A stretch of DNA of 64,000 nt from Planctomycetota bacterium (GTDB lineage Bacteria; Planctomycetota; B15-G4), in NCBI GenBank assembly GCA_965248575.1, contig CBDFJQ010000002.1, positions 1,248,001 through 1,312,000 of the forward strand. Direction: 5' to 3'. The first letter of the stretch is position 1; the number at the start of each line of letters is the position of its first letter. A model generated the notes under the pieces. That model made no database searches. It was not told where the DNA came from and saw only the letters and a program-made list of their open reading frames with translations. Shown piece after piece: positions 41,983 to 51,445 of this stretch. The translations under genes and the position numbers were made by a program.

Positions 41983-43083
41983 ATGAGCCTGCGTATGCAC
42001 TCCACCACCGCCTTGCTGCGACCCACTGCCCTCCTTGAACTGCTCGTGCCTGCAAAACCTCCCCAGTGCGCTCCTCTCTCGGCCGCTCTCCTCTCGGCCG
42101 CTCTGCTCCTAACCGGTGTCCTGAGCTGGGGCTGCTCGCCGGGAACAGACTCCGGCAACCCGGCAGAGGGTGAGCGTCCGACCTCGCGCGCCCAGACGCC
42201 CGGCCAAGCCGACGACGATGCCAGCTTCGAGGAGCTGCGCAACGAAGCCTTCCGCATGCATGAAGCCCAGGAGGAACCTGGCCGGGTGCTGGAGGCCCTG
42301 CTCGCAGCCCACGCCCTCGACCCGGACGCCTACGGAGTCAACCGTCGACTCGGCCAGACCTACGCGGACATCAAGCTGAATCTCGAGGCCCTCAAGCACT
42401 ACCGACTGGCGCGAATCGCCAAGCCGGAGGCGATGCAGGATGGCTTGGCGGTCGTCCGCCTGGCCCTTGCCCAAGGCCTGCACGAGGAAGCCCTGTCCGA
42501 GCTCGAGCCGCTGCTCAAGCATGAGGCCACGCGCGGTGAGGCGCTGTACCACCAAGCGGGGCTCCTGGACTTCCAGGGGGATCGCCCCGGCGCGTTGAGC
42601 GTCGCGCGGTTGGCCTCGGCCCTCGGCCCCGATCAGGCCTATCACGCCATCTCGCTGCACGGCCGCTTCACGCTGGAAGCGGGCGACTTCGCCCAAGCCG
42701 AAGCCCTCTTCCGCACGGCTCTCGCCGGCCGGCCCGATTACAAGGAGGCCCTGCGCGGCATGGCGGATGCCTGTCGACGGCAGCAGCGGCCAGAAGAAGC
42801 CGCACGCTGGGATCGCGTGCTCGGGCTCTTCCTCGACCTCACGGACAATGTGTTCATCCGCAAGCGGCCCGAGGAGCGGCGCAGGACGCTGCAAGCGCTC
42901 GTGGCTGAATACCCCGCATGGACGCCCGCTTTCGCGCAGTTGGCACTCCTGCTGCGTCGAGAGGGGGATCGCGCCGGTGCTTGTCAGGTGATCGAGACCT
43001 TCCTCGACGAGCACGCCCCGCTCGTGGGGCCAGCGGAAGCTGCGGCGCTACGCGACCGTTTCTGTACGGGGATCGACCCATGA
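41983..43083 (+). CDS. exported TPR protein
   Basis: LSWGC lipobox-like segment and TPR-like repeats; stop overlaps the next start; start uncertain. Confidence 0.72.
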   Translation: MSLRMHSTTALLRPTALLELLVPAKPPQCAPLSAALLSAALLLTGVLSWGCSPGTDSGNPAEGERPTSRAQTPGQADDDASFEELRNEAFRMHEAQEEPGRVLEALLAAHALDPDAYGVNRRLGQTYADIKLNLEALKHYRLARIAKPEAMQDGLAVVRLALAQGLHEEALSELEPLLKHEATRGEALYHQAGLLDFQGDRPGALSVARLASALGPDQAYHAISLHGRFTLEAGDFAQAEALFRTALAGRPDYKEALRGMADACRRQQRPEEAARWDRVLGLFLDLTDNVFIRKRPEERRRTLQALVAEYPAWTPAFAQLALLLRREGDRAGACQVIETFLDEHAPLVGPAEAAALRDRFCTGIDP

Positions 43084-44951
43084 GTGTGTTCGCCAATCGT
43101 CGCTGGCCCGCTGACGCAGCATCGTGCCCGTCCCGTGCGCGCCACGGCTTGTGCCTGTCCCTGCCGCTCTTCCTGGCACTTCAGCTGACCAGTGCATGCG
43201 CCCCTTCCGAGGACGCGTCACCGGCCGCGTCGCCGTCGACGACACCGCCCACCGCCGTCGCAGCGCCTGAGGCTCCCACAGCCTTTCGCGACATGACCCA
43301 GGCAGCCGGCCTGGACTTCGTCCACGCCCACGGCGGACGGGGAAAGAAGTTCCTGTTCGAAACCATGGGCTCCGGCCTGGCCATCGCTGACTTCAATGGC
43401 GATGAATTGCCCGACATCCTCTTCCTCCAAAGCGGCACGATCCCGGCTGACGAGTTCGATGCCGAGCAGCGACGCCGGGCGAACCACAACACAGGAGGCA
43501 GCGCGGCTCTCTACCTCAACGCCTCGGGCAAGGGAACCCAGCCGGGTGCAGCAGCGAACTTGCAGTTCGAGAACGCGACGGCCGGCAGCGGCCTGGAGCA
43601 GCCCTACTACGCCATGGGCCTCGCCGTGGGAGATGTCGACAACGATGGTGACCGCGACATCTATGTCGCCGCCTTCGGGCGTGACCGCCTCTATCTCAAC
43701 GATGGCAGGGCGCACTTCACGGAGGCGCCACCGGAGGCCGGCCTGGCTGACAGTCGCTGGACCATCGGCGGTGCCTTCGTCGATGTGGATGCAGACGGGG
43801 ATCTCGATCTGTACAGCGTCGCCTACCTCGACATGCCAATTGGCAGCCACCGGTTCTGCGGCCCCTCGCCGGAGCAGCGCACTTACTGCCATGTCGACCA
43901 ATGGGATGGCTTGCAGGACCGCCTCTGGCTCAACGACGGCAGGGGGAACTTCAGCGACGGCTCGGCGGCGGCGGGCATCGGCGACGTCGGTGCGAAGGGC
44001 AAGGGTCTCGCGGTCGTCGGTGGGGACTACGACGACGACGGCGACATCGACCTCTTCGTCGCCAACGACAGCACCGCGAATTTCCTCTGGCGCAACGACG
44101 GGTCGGGGCACTTCGAGAACGCCGGGCGGCACAGCGGCACCGACCTGAATGGTGAAGGTCGTTCGGAAGCCTGCATGGGCAGCGACCTGGGCGACCTCGA
44201 CGGAGACGGCGACCTGGATCTCTTCGTCGTCAACTTCGAGAATGAGACCAACACCCTGTATCGCAATGATGGCGGCGGCTTCTTCACCGACGTGTCCATG
44301 TTGTCGGGCACCGGCGCGCCGAGCATGCCCATGCTCGGCTTCGGCACCTGCTTCGTGGACCTCGACAACGACAGCGACCTCGACATCTATGTGGCGAATG
44401 GCCACATCATGGACAACGTCGAGCAGGTCCAAGGCAGCTCCAGCTACGCGCAACCCGACCAGTTCTTGCTCAACGATGGGCGGGGCCGCTTCAAGCCACC
44501 AAGCCGGGCCCTCTCCGCGAGCGAGACCGACCCGCGCGTCGGCCGCGGGGTTGCCACCGGTGACCTGGACCAGGACGGGGACCTCGACATCGTCGTGAGC
44601 AACAGCAACGGAGCACCGTTCCTCTTGCGCAATGATTACGCGGACGGCCACTCCTTGGTGGTCCGGCTCGAAGGCCTTCAGGGCCGGGCTGACGCCGAGG
44701 GCGCGCGCATCACGGCCAGTTTGGGTGAACGCCAAGTGGTGCGAGAACTGCGCGCCGGAGGTTCCTATCTCAGCCATTCCCACACGGACTTCGTGCTGGG
44801 CCTAGGCGGCGCCACGCGGATCGACGGCCTGAGCATCCGCTGGCCCGATGGGCGCGTGACGACCCACGGTGCGCTCGAGGCGGGCGCGCTCTATCGGTTT
44901 ACTGGCGATGGCAGTTTGGCATCGACGACCACACTGCGCCCTGCGAACTGA
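43080..44951 (+). CDS. CRTAC1-family protein (FG-GAP/VCBS propeller + ASPIC/UnbV)
   Basis: ETMGSG, repeated DxDxDGDLD motifs, C-terminal GARI...GGSYLSHS...GLG..RWPDG. Confidence 0.9.
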   Translation: MSVFANRRWPADAASCPSRARHGLCLSLPLFLALQLTSACAPSEDASPAASPSTTPPTAVAAPEAPTAFRDMTQAAGLDFVHAHGGRGKKFLFETMGSGLAIADFNGDELPDILFLQSGTIPADEFDAEQRRRANHNTGGSAALYLNASGKGTQPGAAANLQFENATAGSGLEQPYYAMGLAVGDVDNDGDRDIYVAAFGRDRLYLNDGRAHFTEAPPEAGLADSRWTIGGAFVDVDADGDLDLYSVAYLDMPIGSHRFCGPSPEQRTYCHVDQWDGLQDRLWLNDGRGNFSDGSAAAGIGDVGAKGKGLAVVGGDYDDDGDIDLFVANDSTANFLWRNDGSGHFENAGRHSGTDLNGEGRSEACMGSDLGDLDGDGDLDLFVVNFENETNTLYRNDGGGFFTDVSMLSGTGAPSMPMLGFGTCFVDLDNDSDLDIYVANGHIMDNVEQVQGSSSYAQPDQFLLNDGRGRFKPPSRALSASETDPRVGRGVATGDLDQDGDLDIVVSNSNGAPFLLRNDYADGHSLVVRLEGLQGRADAEGARITASLGERQVVRELRAGGSYLSHSHTDFVLGLGGATRIDGLSIRWPDGRVTTHGALEAGALYRFTGDGSLASTTTLRPAN

Positions 44952-44958
44952 CCGACGC

Positions 44959-46146
44959 ATGACCGCAACCCGCGTACCCAGCGTCCTCCTGTCTGCCCTG
45001 TCGAGCCTGACGGCGTGGGCGATGGCATGGGTGATGGCACTCGGCACGACAGCTGCCCTGCCGCAGAGCGTTGCCACGCTCATGATCGGGATCGGCCTCG
45101 GGACCTCCCAGGACGAAGGCGACACGCTGCGGGCAGAGGTCGAATCGTTGTGGCGCACCGGCCAACGAGCCGAAGCCCTGGAGCGTCTGTCCCTCGCGCT
45201 AGATGAATCCCCTGGCGACCTCTGGCTGCGACGCCTGCTGGTGGAACATCAGTTGGCTGTGCATCGTTATGCAGCGGCCTTCGAGACCGCCCGCCCGGCT
45301 GGCGCGGCGCTGCAATCCCTGCAGGCAGAAGCCTTGTTCCTGTTGGACCGCTTCGAGGAGGCCTTGCCGCTCCTGGATTCCAGCAACCCGACCCAGGCCC
45401 TGGCCCGCGTCGAAGGTCTGGAGATCCTCGGGCGCTCCGAGCAGGCCCGGCTGGCCTTGGAGGGCTTGGGAGAGCTGCCCGAATCCCACCGCATCCGCCG
45501 GGCCCTGGTCACGGGTCGCCTGGAGGCAAGCGCCGGCCGGCATGAACTCGCGGCCCAAGCCTTCGAAACCGTGCTCGCCGAGGATCCCGTGAACCCCGGG
45601 GCACTGTTCGGTTTGGGGCAGGCTCTCGTGCGCACAGGCCGGCGGGATGAAGGCCTCGTGCTGCTGACGAGGCATCGGGAGATCGTGCCCTTGATGGATG
45701 AGCTGGACTTCGCAGTGAGGGCCGTGGACCTGTCGCCCCTGCACGCACCGAACCACGCGTCCGTGGGTGATGCGCAACGCAAGCTGGGGCGCTTCGAGCC
45801 CGCCCGGGCGTCCTATCAAGCGGCGCTGCTGTACGCATCCCCGGAGCAGCTCCCGCCTGTTGCGTTGCGTTTCGCCCGCCTGCTCGAGGAGGATCTGGGG
45901 GATGTCGGCGCCGCCGTGGAACTGCTCGACGAGGCCTCGAGTACGGTTGACGACCTTCGACTGCTCGTGCGAGCAGGAGACATCCTGCTGCGCTCGCAGG
46001 CTTACGGCGAGGCGCGGCTGCGATTTGAGCAAGCCCTCACCCTCCGCCCACAGGATGGCGCCATCATTCAGCGTATCGAGGCAGCCAAGTCACTGCTGGA
46101 GTCTGCAGGCGCAGACTCTGCGAACGCTCCGAGCCCAGATCAGTGA
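44959..46146 (+). CDS. exported TPR protein
   Basis: Hydrophobic N-terminus; TPR repeats (ALFGLGQAL, ARASYQAAL, RFEQALTLRP). Confidence 0.78.
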   Translation: MTATRVPSVLLSALSSLTAWAMAWVMALGTTAALPQSVATLMIGIGLGTSQDEGDTLRAEVESLWRTGQRAEALERLSLALDESPGDLWLRRLLVEHQLAVHRYAAAFETARPAGAALQSLQAEALFLLDRFEEALPLLDSSNPTQALARVEGLEILGRSEQARLALEGLGELPESHRIRRALVTGRLEASAGRHELAAQAFETVLAEDPVNPGALFGLGQALVRTGRRDEGLVLLTRHREIVPLMDELDFAVRAVDLSPLHAPNHASVGDAQRKLGRFEPARASYQAALLYASPEQLPPVALRFARLLEEDLGDVGAAVELLDEASSTVDDLRLLVRAGDILLRSQAYGEARLRFEQALTLRPQDGAIIQRIEAAKSLLESAGADSANAPSPDQ

Positions 46147-48098
46147 CGGCTCCGCGAGCCATTTCACTACCGAGCCTGCTTCTCTGCTGCAGCTTGCTTG
46201 CCGCTTGTGACCAAGGGCCCGTCACCGAGTCCGCGCCACCCTCCGCGGCCCCCTTGGACACCTCCAGCGCGAGCCGGTCGTCGGACGCCCGCCGCTCGCC
46301 CGAAGCGTCCGGCTGGTTCCGAGCGGTCGGCCCGGAAAGCGGGCTGTCCTTTCGGCACGAGGCAGGCGTGACTGCCGAGCGCCAGCTGCCCGAAACCATG
46401 GGCGCGGGAGCTGCCCTGGCCGATCTCAATGGCGATGGCCAGTTGGACATCTACTTTGTCCAGAGCGGGCGCCTGCCGGACCCTCGTCCCTCGGCCGGCA
46501 CCCCGCTGAACGCACCAGAGTGGGTGAATCAGCTCTTCCTCAACGCCGGCTCCCGGCCAGGGGCCTTTGCCTTCCGCGATGCGACAGCTGAGTCAGGCGC
46601 CGCTGCCCACCCGGGATACGGAATGGGCGTCGCCGTGGGAGACGTCGACGGAGACGGACAGCTCGACCTCTTCCTGAGCCAGCTCGGCCCCGACGCCTTG
46701 CTCCGCAATGACGGCGACGCACGCTTCCAGGACATCACGGGGTCCAGCCCACTCGCGGACCCGCGTTGGACGGGCAGCGCAGCCTTCTTCGATGCGGACC
46801 TGGATGGGGACCTGGACCTCTACGTTGCAGGGTACGTGGACTACGACCTGTCGGAACCGAAGTGGTGCGGCCGACAGGAAGAGGGCTGGCGCAGCTATTG
46901 CCACCCAGACGCCTACGCCGGGATCCAGGATCGCTTCTATCGCAACGACGGACGCGGCGGCTTCGAGGAGGCCACCGACGCCGCCGGCCTGACCACGCGA
47001 CCTGGTCACCACGGCAAGGGCCTGGGTGTGCTCGCCACGGATTTCGACGGTGACGGAAGAACGGATCTGTACGTGGCCAACGACAGCGTCGAGAACAGGC
47101 TTTGGATCAACCGGGGTGACGGCAGCTTCTCGGACGGCACGCTGCTCTCGGCCACCGGCGTGAACGGCCGCGGGCTCACGGAGGCCGGCATGGGCCTGGC
47201 CGCTGGGGACGTCGATGGCGACGGGGACAGCGAGCTGTTCGTGACGAACTTCGACGACGAGTCCAACACCCTCTACCGCAACGACGGCGGGGGATTGTTC
47301 ACGGACATCACGGCCCGGTCCGGGCTCGACGCATCGAGCCGCCTGCCCGTAGGGTTCGGAACGGTCTTGGCTGACTTCGACAACGACGGGCTGCTCGACC
47401 TCGCCGTCGCCAATGGGCACATCATCGACAACATCGCGCTGTACCACGACGGCAAGACCCATGCTCAACGCGCATTGCTCTACCGGAACACCGGGGCATC
47501 ACACTTCGACAACATCTCCCCGCAGGCAGGCGACCTCTGCGCGACGGACTTCGTCGGACGCGGCCTCTACAGCGGCGACCTGGACGGAGATGGGGCCCTG
47601 GACCTCGTCCTGACCCAATGCGACGGTCCTGCGGTCATCCTACGCAACGAAGCGGCAGCTCAGCTGATGGAGCCGGGAGCGCCCTCGTCGAGCGCCCTGA
47701 TTCTCCGCAAGCTCCCGCGAGGCACTCGCGTGAAGGCGGTCACGGGCTCAGGCTCGATTCTCATCAGGGAGGCCGGCCCGCAGCCGTCCTACTTCGGCCA
47801 ATCGTCCAGCAGCGTCCACCTGGGCCTGGGTCCGGGCCTGAGTGACCCTCCGCAGGGCAGCGCAGGCGCAGGCAGCCTGGCAGCCCTGGAGTGCCGTCTG
47901 CCCAACGGTGACACCTGGTCGCTCGTCTTGAGTCCTCAGCTGGACCTCCCTCTCCCTCCTGCCCTGACCGCTGGCGCCGCCTCCGGACTGCAGTGGCTTG
48001 GGGATGGCCGATTGCAAATCCAGGGCCGGGGCGAAACCATGATGAATGGCGGCCCCCTGCCAACTGTTCAGACCTCCAACCACGGAACCGACCGATGA
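46143..48098 (+). CDS. CRTAC1-family lipoprotein (FG-GAP/VCBS propeller, degenerate C-terminal domain)
   Basis: LLAAC lipobox; ETMGAG; repeated DxDGDGxLD motifs; paralog of 43080-44951. Confidence 0.88.
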   Translation: MTAPRAISLPSLLLCCSLLAACDQGPVTESAPPSAAPLDTSSASRSSDARRSPEASGWFRAVGPESGLSFRHEAGVTAERQLPETMGAGAALADLNGDGQLDIYFVQSGRLPDPRPSAGTPLNAPEWVNQLFLNAGSRPGAFAFRDATAESGAAAHPGYGMGVAVGDVDGDGQLDLFLSQLGPDALLRNDGDARFQDITGSSPLADPRWTGSAAFFDADLDGDLDLYVAGYVDYDLSEPKWCGRQEEGWRSYCHPDAYAGIQDRFYRNDGRGGFEEATDAAGLTTRPGHHGKGLGVLATDFDGDGRTDLYVANDSVENRLWINRGDGSFSDGTLLSATGVNGRGLTEAGMGLAAGDVDGDGDSELFVTNFDDESNTLYRNDGGGLFTDITARSGLDASSRLPVGFGTVLADFDNDGLLDLAVANGHIIDNIALYHDGKTHAQRALLYRNTGASHFDNISPQAGDLCATDFVGRGLYSGDLDGDGALDLVLTQCDGPAVILRNEAAAQLMEPGAPSSSALILRKLPRGTRVKAVTGSGSILIREAGPQPSYFGQSSSSVHLGLGPGLSDPPQGSAGAGSLAALECRLPNGDTWSLVLSPQLDLPLPPALTAGAASGLQWLGDGRLQIQGRGETMMNGGPLPTVQTSNHGTDR

Positions 48099-49093
48099 CC
48101 CGCCCTGCCCTGCTCGCGACTTGCCTAGCTGTATCGAGCACCCTCTGCCCTGCAGCCATCCCTGCAACCTCTGCTGTCATCACGGTCGCCCCGGTCCTTC
48201 AGGAGGCCCCCGAGTCGGTGCCCGACAAGCCGGTGGCAGTCGTGGGTGATTGGGCCTTCGACCGGGCTGAGTTCGGCCTCTGGTTGGTGGATCAGTCGGG
48301 GTTCGACTATGTCTTCACCTACGTGGCTGAACGCATGGCCCACAAGGAGGCCGAAGAGCGGGGCCTGCTGCCAACGGATGAGGAGGTGCGCATCGCCTTC
48401 GAGAAGGAGCTCGACCTGATCCTACGGCAGCACTATCACGGTGACATGTCGAAGTACGAACGCGACATCGTCATGCGTGAACAGGACCCTGCAGCCCATG
48501 CGGATCGGCGGCGGCAGCAACTCAAGGCAGACCTCACCATGGCGGCGCTGGCCCGCGCCGACCGAGTCGTGACGGAAGATCAGGTCGACCGTCGATTCCG
48601 CGACATGTTCGGCCCCCTTGCCGAGCGCACCTCTCTCGACGTGGCCTTCTTCAACATGTACCGCGAGATGAAGCCCGGTGTCCGCCCGGTGCTGCAAGCC
48701 CTGAAGGACGAGGCTCTCGGACGCGCGGAGGCGGCGTCGGCGACCCTGCGGAACGGCAAGCCCTTCGCCGAACTGGGTGAGCTGTCGGACAAAGTGAATT
48801 CCGACTTCGTTGACGGAAACGGCCGCGTCTCCATGTACACCCGACGGCTCCTGGGCAAGGAAGTGGAGTTGGCCCTCGCCAACCTGGATGAGCCGGGCGA
48901 TGTGACCGCACCCATCGCAGTCTTCGATGGCTACTTTGTGGTCCAGCTCGTGTCCAGCGTGCCCGTCAAGAAGGAGGCGATGCGGGAGGAGATCCTCATC
49001 AACATCCGCACCTCCGAGCCCAACAGCTCCGAGCTGGCCGTGGTGCGGCAGCGCCTGCTCGATCACCCGGACGTGCGCATCCTGCTCAGGTAG
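48095..49093 (+). CDS. exported SurA/PrsA-like (parvulin) chaperone
   Basis: Signal peptide; GKPFAELGELSD and VTAPIAVFDGYFVVQL parvulin-like segments. Confidence 0.65.
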   Translation: MTRPALLATCLAVSSTLCPAAIPATSAVITVAPVLQEAPESVPDKPVAVVGDWAFDRAEFGLWLVDQSGFDYVFTYVAERMAHKEAEERGLLPTDEEVRIAFEKELDLILRQHYHGDMSKYERDIVMREQDPAAHADRRRQQLKADLTMAALARADRVVTEDQVDRRFRDMFGPLAERTSLDVAFFNMYREMKPGVRPVLQALKDEALGRAEAASATLRNGKPFAELGELSDKVNSDFVDGNGRVSMYTRRLLGKEVELALANLDEPGDVTAPIAVFDGYFVVQLVSSVPVKKEAMREEILINIRTSEPNSSELAVVRQRLLDHPDVRILLR

Positions 49094-49146
49094 TGCAAGG
49101 CGTGGTGCCCCACGTCGTACCCGGGAGCTGATTCAGGGGGCGCTGC

Positions 49147-50208
49147 TCAGCGCTCGTCGTACCACTCTCTCCACTCCCGAACGGCCTTGGCACGTTCACC
49201 GCTTGAGCCCTTGTGCTCATACCCGGGGTCGAAGCCCGTCAGGCGCACGAGAGTCTCTGCAGCAGCCTTGCGGATCGCGGCGTGCTCGTCTTCGAGCACA
49301 TCGAAGAGCGCGGGCACCGCCTCTTCGTAGACGAGGGTCTCGAGGGCGTGCATCGCGTGCAAGCGCACGAACATGTCTTCGTCATCGAGCATGGCGACCA
49401 GGTCCGGAGCCAGCTCCTCGTAGCGCCCGTTCTCGACCCGGTCGACAGCTTCAAAGCGTAAGTCCGCCTGGGCATCGAGCAACTGGCGGCGGATGTCTTC
49501 GATCTCTGCGAGACGCACAGGATCGACCACCTGGGTGACCGCCCCGCTCTCCGGCAGCATGGATCCCATGGAGTCATCCAGACTCAGCGAGGCGTCGCCC
49601 GATCGGACGGTGCCCATCGAGAGCAAGGCCTGGTGGGCTGCCACGGAATCCGACAAGGCATCCAAACGCGTGGTCAACACGTCCGTCCGGTTGGACGTGA
49701 GCTGGACCTTTTCGATCAGGCGACCCATCTCGGCTTGTGTGCGCGCGAGCCGGTCCATCTCGTTGGCCAGCTGCTCCGCTCCGCGCGCCTGATCTGCATC
49801 GGCCGCCCGCAACGCCTCCAGGTCGGCCCTCAGGGACGTCAGCGCCCGGTCGATCTGCTCAGCGTCTGCCGACAGCTGCATGACCTGCACGTCCGTGCGC
49901 TCCGCCTGGCGTTGCAGGTCGCTGACGGGATCACCCTGAGCCTCCGTGGTGTCCAGGTCGATGGGGTTGGCCCCCACGATCAAGTCCCAGTCGTTCCAGA
50001 CCGTCCACGTCAGGAGCCCCAGGACGAGAACGGCGAGCAGGGGGCTGCGCGAGGCGGCCGGAGCGGACTGGAGCGGTGCCGGCGCCACAGCGCCAGGCGG
50101 GATGCAATTGGTGCAGAACAACTTGCCCTTGATGGTGGTGACTCGTCCCGATTGGACGTCGACCAGGGGCACACTCTCGTTGCAACCGTCGCAGAAGTAG
50201 ATCTTCAT
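49147..50208 (-). CDS. Zn-finger / TM / coiled-coil / HEAT-repeat protein
   Basis: CDGC...CTNC, one TM, heptad region, DEDMFVRLHA and DEHAAIRKAA HEAT repeats; AAGGAG SD before ATG 50208. Confidence 0.8.
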   Translation of the reverse strand: MKIYFCDGCNESVPLVDVQSGRVTTIKGKLFCTNCIPPGAVAPAPLQSAPAASRSPLLAVLVLGLLTWTVWNDWDLIVGANPIDLDTTEAQGDPVSDLQRQAERTDVQVMQLSADAEQIDRALTSLRADLEALRAADADQARGAEQLANEMDRLARTQAEMGRLIEKVQLTSNRTDVLTTRLDALSDSVAAHQALLSMGTVRSGDASLSLDDSMGSMLPESGAVTQVVDPVRLAEIEDIRRQLLDAQADLRFEAVDRVENGRYEELAPDLVAMLDDEDMFVRLHAMHALETLVYEEAVPALFDVLEDEHAAIRKAAAETLVRLTGFDPGYEHKGSSGERAKAVREWREWYDER

Positions 50209-50366
50209 GATCCGTGTGTCTCCTTGCTGGAGAATCGGAGAACCCCCAGCGTGGCGGGATCGGGGATCCCGGGGGAGGTTCGATGAAATTGGCGATGACC
50301 GGCATTCGGATCTAGAATAGGCGCCCGTCGGACCGCACGTGACGGAGCATCCCACGGAGCCCCATG

Positions 50367-50494
50367 CCCGGGCCCCCTTGGTATGGCTCCCTCAGACGGG
50401 GCGTTCTGACAGTGACTCAATCCGAAACCCTCCTTGCCGCCGTGGCCCTTGGATTCCGTTCAATCGGACGCCATGCGAACCAGGGCTAGCCGGG
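50367..50494 (-). ncRNA. candidate compact 6S-like RNA
   Basis: Ends pair as a bulged closing stem; central bubble with a small hairpin on its 3' side; -10-like TACAGT 5 nt upstream. Confidence 0.45.
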
Positions 50495-50625
50495 AAAAGA
50501 CTGTAGCGCGTCCCTCAGTGCCGTTCACTGACGGGCGTGACTCACTGACCTGCTAGGCGGACCAGGATGGTTCACCGAGCAGGGAATGAGCCCCAAGGAA
50601 TGATGACGAAGGCCCTTCATCGCCC

Positions 50626-51036
50626 ATGACTCACCGGTTGGAAGAATCAGACGTGTCGAACAGCTTGGAGACCACGCTGGCCCGCTCAGCGCTGCTCTTC
50701 GAGGCCGATGTGTTGGACCAGCTCGTCTCCAAGGACCCCGGGAATCTGGCCTACCTCGCCGCCCTGGGTCAGGCCTGCAGCAAGCTCAAGAACCACGTAC
50801 GGGGGCTGGACGTCGACCGCCGGTTGGTGAAGGCCCGTCCCGAGGACCCGACCTTCCGTTACAACCTGGCCTGCTCCCTCGCGCTCACCGGTGACCTGGA
50901 CGGCGCCTGCAAGGAACTGTTGGCGAGCATCGACTTGGGCTTCCAGGACTTCGAGCACCTGAGTCGCGACGAGGACCTCGCCAGTCTTCGAGCGGACAAG
51001 CGCTTTGCTCTGATCGAGGACCGCATCGCCGAGTAG
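50626..51036 (+). CDS. small TPR protein
   Basis: YLAALGQA, RYNLACSLALTG, LGFQDFEHLSRDEDLASLR; start could be GTG 50653. Confidence 0.8.
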   Translation: MTHRLEESDVSNSLETTLARSALLFEADVLDQLVSKDPGNLAYLAALGQACSKLKNHVRGLDVDRRLVKARPEDPTFRYNLACSLALTGDLDGACKELLASIDLGFQDFEHLSRDEDLASLRADKRFALIEDRIAE

Positions 51037-51070
51037 CTGCTCCCCGGGGCTGCGATCTAGCGGCAGCGCT

Positions 51071-51445
51071 CTAGATGAAGACGCTCAACACCGCCGTGAG
51101 CAGGACGAGCGGGCCGAGCCACGTCAGCACGAGGGCCAGGATCGCATAGGGGCGCGCATCCCGGTCATCGGCCTTGAGCGAGCGAGGCGCAACACTGCGT
51201 GCCGGCGCATCCCGTTCGTGCCCGCAACTTGGGCAGAACAGCAAGCTGTGCAACATCTGCGCTTCACAGGCGACACAGCGGCGTGTCTCCGCGCCCAGCG
51301 CCGGGTAATCCAGCAGCGGGTCGTGATGCTGGCAGGCGGGGCACGTACGGACGTCGAAGGCGACGATCTCGCTGCACTCAGGGCAAACGCGGACCCGCTC
51401 GTCGTCGCTCTCGTTCAAGGGCTGGTTCGAGGTTCCTGATGTCAT
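51071..51445 (-). CDS. double zinc-ribbon protein with C-terminal TM
   Basis: CPEC, CPAC, CVAC, CPSC; ATG overlaps the mnmA stop. Confidence 0.78.
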   Translation of the reverse strand: MTSGTSNQPLNESDDERVRVCPECSEIVAFDVRTCPACQHHDPLLDYPALGAETRRCVACEAQMLHSLLFCPSCGHERDAPARSVAPRSLKADDRDARPYAILALVLTWLGPLVLLTAVLSVFI

